Positions 60,085 through 64,000 of a stretch of 64,000 nucleotides of DNA are shown one piece after another (the first letter of the stretch is position 1; each line of letters opens with the position of its first letter). The notes under the pieces are model-generated. The model saw only the letters and a program-made list of their open reading frames with translations, did not search any database and had not been told where the DNA came from. Origin of the DNA: Macrostomum hystrix. Taxonomy: Eukaryota; Animalia; Platyhelminthes. The DNA lies in assembly GCA_950097015.1 (NCBI GenBank), contig CATNEN010000034.1, positions 4,216,001 to 4,280,000 on the forward strand, read 5' to 3'. The position numbers were made by a program, and so were the translations under genes.

Positions 60085-60640
60085 GCCATTTCCAACTATC
60101 AATGTGCCATTCCCAACTATCAATGTGCCATTCCCAACTATGAAGGTGCCATTTCCAACTATCAAGGGGCTATTTCCAAATATCAATGTGCCATTTCCAA
60201 CTATCAAGGTGCCATTCCCAACTATCAATGTGTCATTTCCAACTATCATGGTGCCATTCCCAACTATCAATGTGCCATTTCCAACTATCAAGGTGCCATT
60301 TCCAACTATCAAGGCGCTATTTCCAACTATCAAGGTGCCATTTCCAACTATCAAGGTGCCATTTCCAACTATCAAGGCGTCATTTCCAACTATCAAGGCG
60401 CCATTTCCAACTATCAAGGGGCTATTTCCAAATATCAATGTGCTATTTCCAACTATCAAGGTGCCATTTCCAACTATCAAGGCGCCATTTCCAACTATCA
60501 ATGTGCCATTCCCAACTATCAAGGTGCCATTTCCAACTATCAAGGTGCCATTTCCGACTATCAATGTGCCATTCCCAACTATCAAGGTGCCATTTCCAAC
60601 TATCAAGGTGCCATTTCCGACTATCAAAGTACCATTTCCA
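60085..60640. repeat. 21-bp minisatellite 3' of ALG1
   Basis: Unit gtgccatttccaactatcaa(g/t). Confidence 0.95.
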
Positions 60641-61142
60641 ATTTTAAATGGTGCCGTTCAAACTAATAAAATACAATCTCAAACAATCAAAGTGCCATTT
60701 CAAACTGTTTCCTAGGATTTATTCGTCAGCGTTAAGCTGCTGTTATTGAAGATGTACGTTTTGTTGAATTAAATGGTAATTATATGTCTAGTCTATCTGA
60801 ATTGCGTTGTCTGATAATTTTATCATTCTAATTTGATTTCAATAATAATGTGTCAGGGCTTCCATTGTTACTGCAAAGTGAAAATGCTGTGTTGGCTACT
60901 TATTTCACATGACAGTAGCATGTGAAACATTTTCTGTCTAAATTTAGAATAATCATTAAAATATGTTTACATTCGTTACACATTGGTACTTGTTCGTACT
61001 GCTTTTGCATTATATCTATTAAGCTTTACTGGTAGTTTGTCTTCTAAGTCAATAAATAAATGTTTATTTGCAGTCATACGTTTAAACCGTTTTGTATGCG
61101 CAAATTATAAAATTATATGATAATAATTGATTACATTTGCCG

Positions 61143-61187
61143 CAATTGGGCCAGATGTGCAGTCGACAGCACAGCCGCAGCTATTGC
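61143..61187 (-). mobile_element. 3' fragment of SINE family B
   Basis: rc gcaatagctgcggctgtgctgtcgactgcacatctggccc matches about 49612-49650. Confidence 0.7.
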
Positions 61188-62004
61188 TGTTAATCGGATA
61201 CATTCTGTGCTGTATTTTGTTTGCTGGATTAATATAAAATATTGATTAGCTTTTATTTCAATGCATTGGCTATCAGATTTCTGCCTTAGATTGGCAAGAA
61301 GACATCAAAGGCCATGGATGACAGGTTTTGCCTCCGAATCCACCCTGATAAACCTAAAGCTAAACCTTAGTACGGCCCACCTGTGTACTCGCGTACGCTC
61401 AAAGTATTAGCATTTATCTGCGTCTCAACCGCAGGCCCTACTCGTAATGCCGTCTGCCTGGAGACAGGAGAGAGTAAAGAGAATACGATGGGACTCATCA
61501 ACCCCTTTTCCTCGCCGTGTCTCTCTCCTCTCGACTATATTACATTGAACTTGATGTGCATGGCCCGGCCTCATGCTTGAGACCTGTATGATGTACCAAA
61601 TTAGTGGCAGTTTATTTTTCGAAAGGGAGTACTTTAGGACTTGCTGCAATACGTGTCCTATGTCTATAGTTCAAACACTGCACAGAATGTGAATTAAAGT
61701 GCGTTCATCATACACATGCATAGCATTTGACAAAACGATATTGATGTCTTTACAGTTCCTTGCAAAGTTCTGTGACCTCTGTTCTGGTTCTTTATGATCG
61801 TTTAAATGATGTTCTCTTTTAAAATAAAAGGCTTTTATTTGAAACACAATAGTTGTGAAAATATATAAATTGCTTTCAATTGTTATCTATGTTTAAGAAG
61901 TATTTTCCGTGGCGATAAATTTTTTATATCATTCTTAAACAAAAAACCGGAACCTAACGCCAGAAAGCAATGAAACTCAAAATAAGAACAAAGTAAGAGT
62001 GGTT

Positions 62005-62100
62005 ATTATGGCCTCGCCGCGGAATCGAGCTCAGGGACCTTGGTGCGAGAGGCATGGAAACACGTTGGCATGCAAACACGTTAAACCACTCTGCCGCAGC
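62005..62100 (-). mobile_element. SINE family A head-only fragment
   Basis: rc ggcagagtggtttaacg...gcctctcgcaccaaggtccctgagctcgattccgcggcgaggcc. Confidence 0.8.
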
Positions 62101-63406
62101 CAGTTCATGGACTGTGGATCAAGGGCCATCACGCCCACCCGAATCCTTATCCCATGCAGTTGTTGCTTGCGCCAATTTTACAGCATGAGAAAACTCAAGC
62201 AATGGGAAAATTGGCAAAATATGTTTTCCTTGGTTGGGATTACCATTTTGGGATTCGAAGATTTAGATTCCTACCACTGGGCCTACAGGCTACCAGCCTA
62301 CTTCAACAGTAACCAATTAATCTTTAGTTTCCAATGTCTTGGATTTCTTAAAAATGATTTCCCTTTCTCTCACCCTGAAGCAATCAGCCTGAAGAAATTG
62401 CCTCCGAAGAGGGTCTCTTAAGCCTTTGAGATTTGCTTGGAAGATGTAGGGAAACGAAAAAGTTTGAGATGTAAATAAAATTGTGCTTTAGCCGTTCTGT
62501 GATGATTCGTGTCGTCTGTGTCCGAGCGAGGGAGGAAGATTAGAGCAGCAAATTCTTTGATATAGCTCCCCTAAATCCACTAATCCCACTGCTTTGCCCA
62601 CCCCAGCCTCTTTTTTACTCAAGCTCTTTTCTGTTCTCATCACGCAGCAGTATATAGTAGCTGGGCTGCCGACTTCCGCACTGAGCTCTCAGTTGCCAAA
62701 CAGGCATTATTACCTTTGTGCTCTCTCCCTCTTAAACATTTGTAAACTCCCCTCACTTCCCGCAGGAAACACAAGCAGGCAGCTCCCGTTGTGTAATTGG
62801 TCGTGCTTCGATCACTTTTTTTCGCTGTATTTCACCATCGCTTCGCTGCATTTTGCCCATTTCTATCCCGTCCTCCTCCCCCCACTCTCTCTCCGCGCCT
62901 GTGTCCCGTGCTCAGTAGTGGGGCCAGGCCCGACCAGCCAGTCCGCTCGCGTTCGCAATGCCACAACCCCCTGCCCAGCAACCCCCAACGCACACAAGGA
63001 AGGGACGGAGGAACAAAATAGGCACCCACATGCCTACAGCGGGCGGCCCTTTCAGTGTCCCCTCTCTGCGGAGCTACAACGCAGACTCGCTGCGGATATA
63101 CTGACGGAATAACCTAGGCGATCGACTCAGTCATTGACAAAGACATTCTGGATTGCAGGCTGACAAGCTAGAGACAGAGCAAAGTGAGCATGTCTCAGGC
63201 ACCTCAGGGTTGCCAGCACTATCAACAACTTACTCAAAGAAGCTTAGAAAGGTAATTAAATAAATCGTGCTAAATAGTTGTCTTCTTTTCTTATTGTCTT
63301 CTGCGGTTTAGTAGATGGGATATGTTAATATTAAACATTAATCAAAATTCTCAGCTAGTGGCGCACACTATTTTTATTTAGCAAATCAATAATTAGGTAC
63401 TTATCA

Positions 63407-64000
<594 letters not shown>

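Noticed and set aside
59647-60715. (IVGNGTL)n 326-aa ORF resembling a beta-helix or ice-binding repeat
   Set aside because: It is the 21-bp array 3' of ALG1 read antisense, it overlaps the ALG1 last exon, and it has no credible start or splice context.

Overview
This is eukaryotic (metazoan) genomic DNA: GC-rich exons, AT-rich spliceosomal introns, and many minisatellites. The pattern resembles a free-living flatworm such as Macrostomum, but that is inference only. I rebuilt eight spliced genes by hand from splice sites and phase: an uncharacterised secreted PAN-like/ConA-like protein (-), pyruvate carboxylase (-, with a GC-AG intron), a PIAS SUMO E3 ligase (+), a roughly 1800-aa ankyrin-repeat protein (-), 1-Cys peroxiredoxin 6 (+), an RBM12-like RNA-binding protein (-), an otopetrin (-) and ALG1 (+, with two predicted AT-rich 5' micro-exons). 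Mobile DNA includes the 5' end of a Ty3/Gypsy element (LTR, tRNA-iMet PBS, gag, a GGGAAAC slippery site with an H-type pseudoknot, and protease), an RT-deleted DIRS/Ngaro remnant, two tRNA-derived SINE families and two MITEs with target-site duplications. About 20 different tandem arrays occur, and many of the longer introns are largely filled by their own array. The most unusual signals are (i) a SINE family that conserves a 14-nt motif identical to the HDV ribozyme P3/L3 core but lacks the rest of the fold as far as I can see, (ii) intron-specific minisatellite filling, with one family shared by two introns of the same gene, and (iii) a 3.7-kb array built from two unit types. No prokaryotic system, CRISPR array, rRNA or true tRNA gene is supported.
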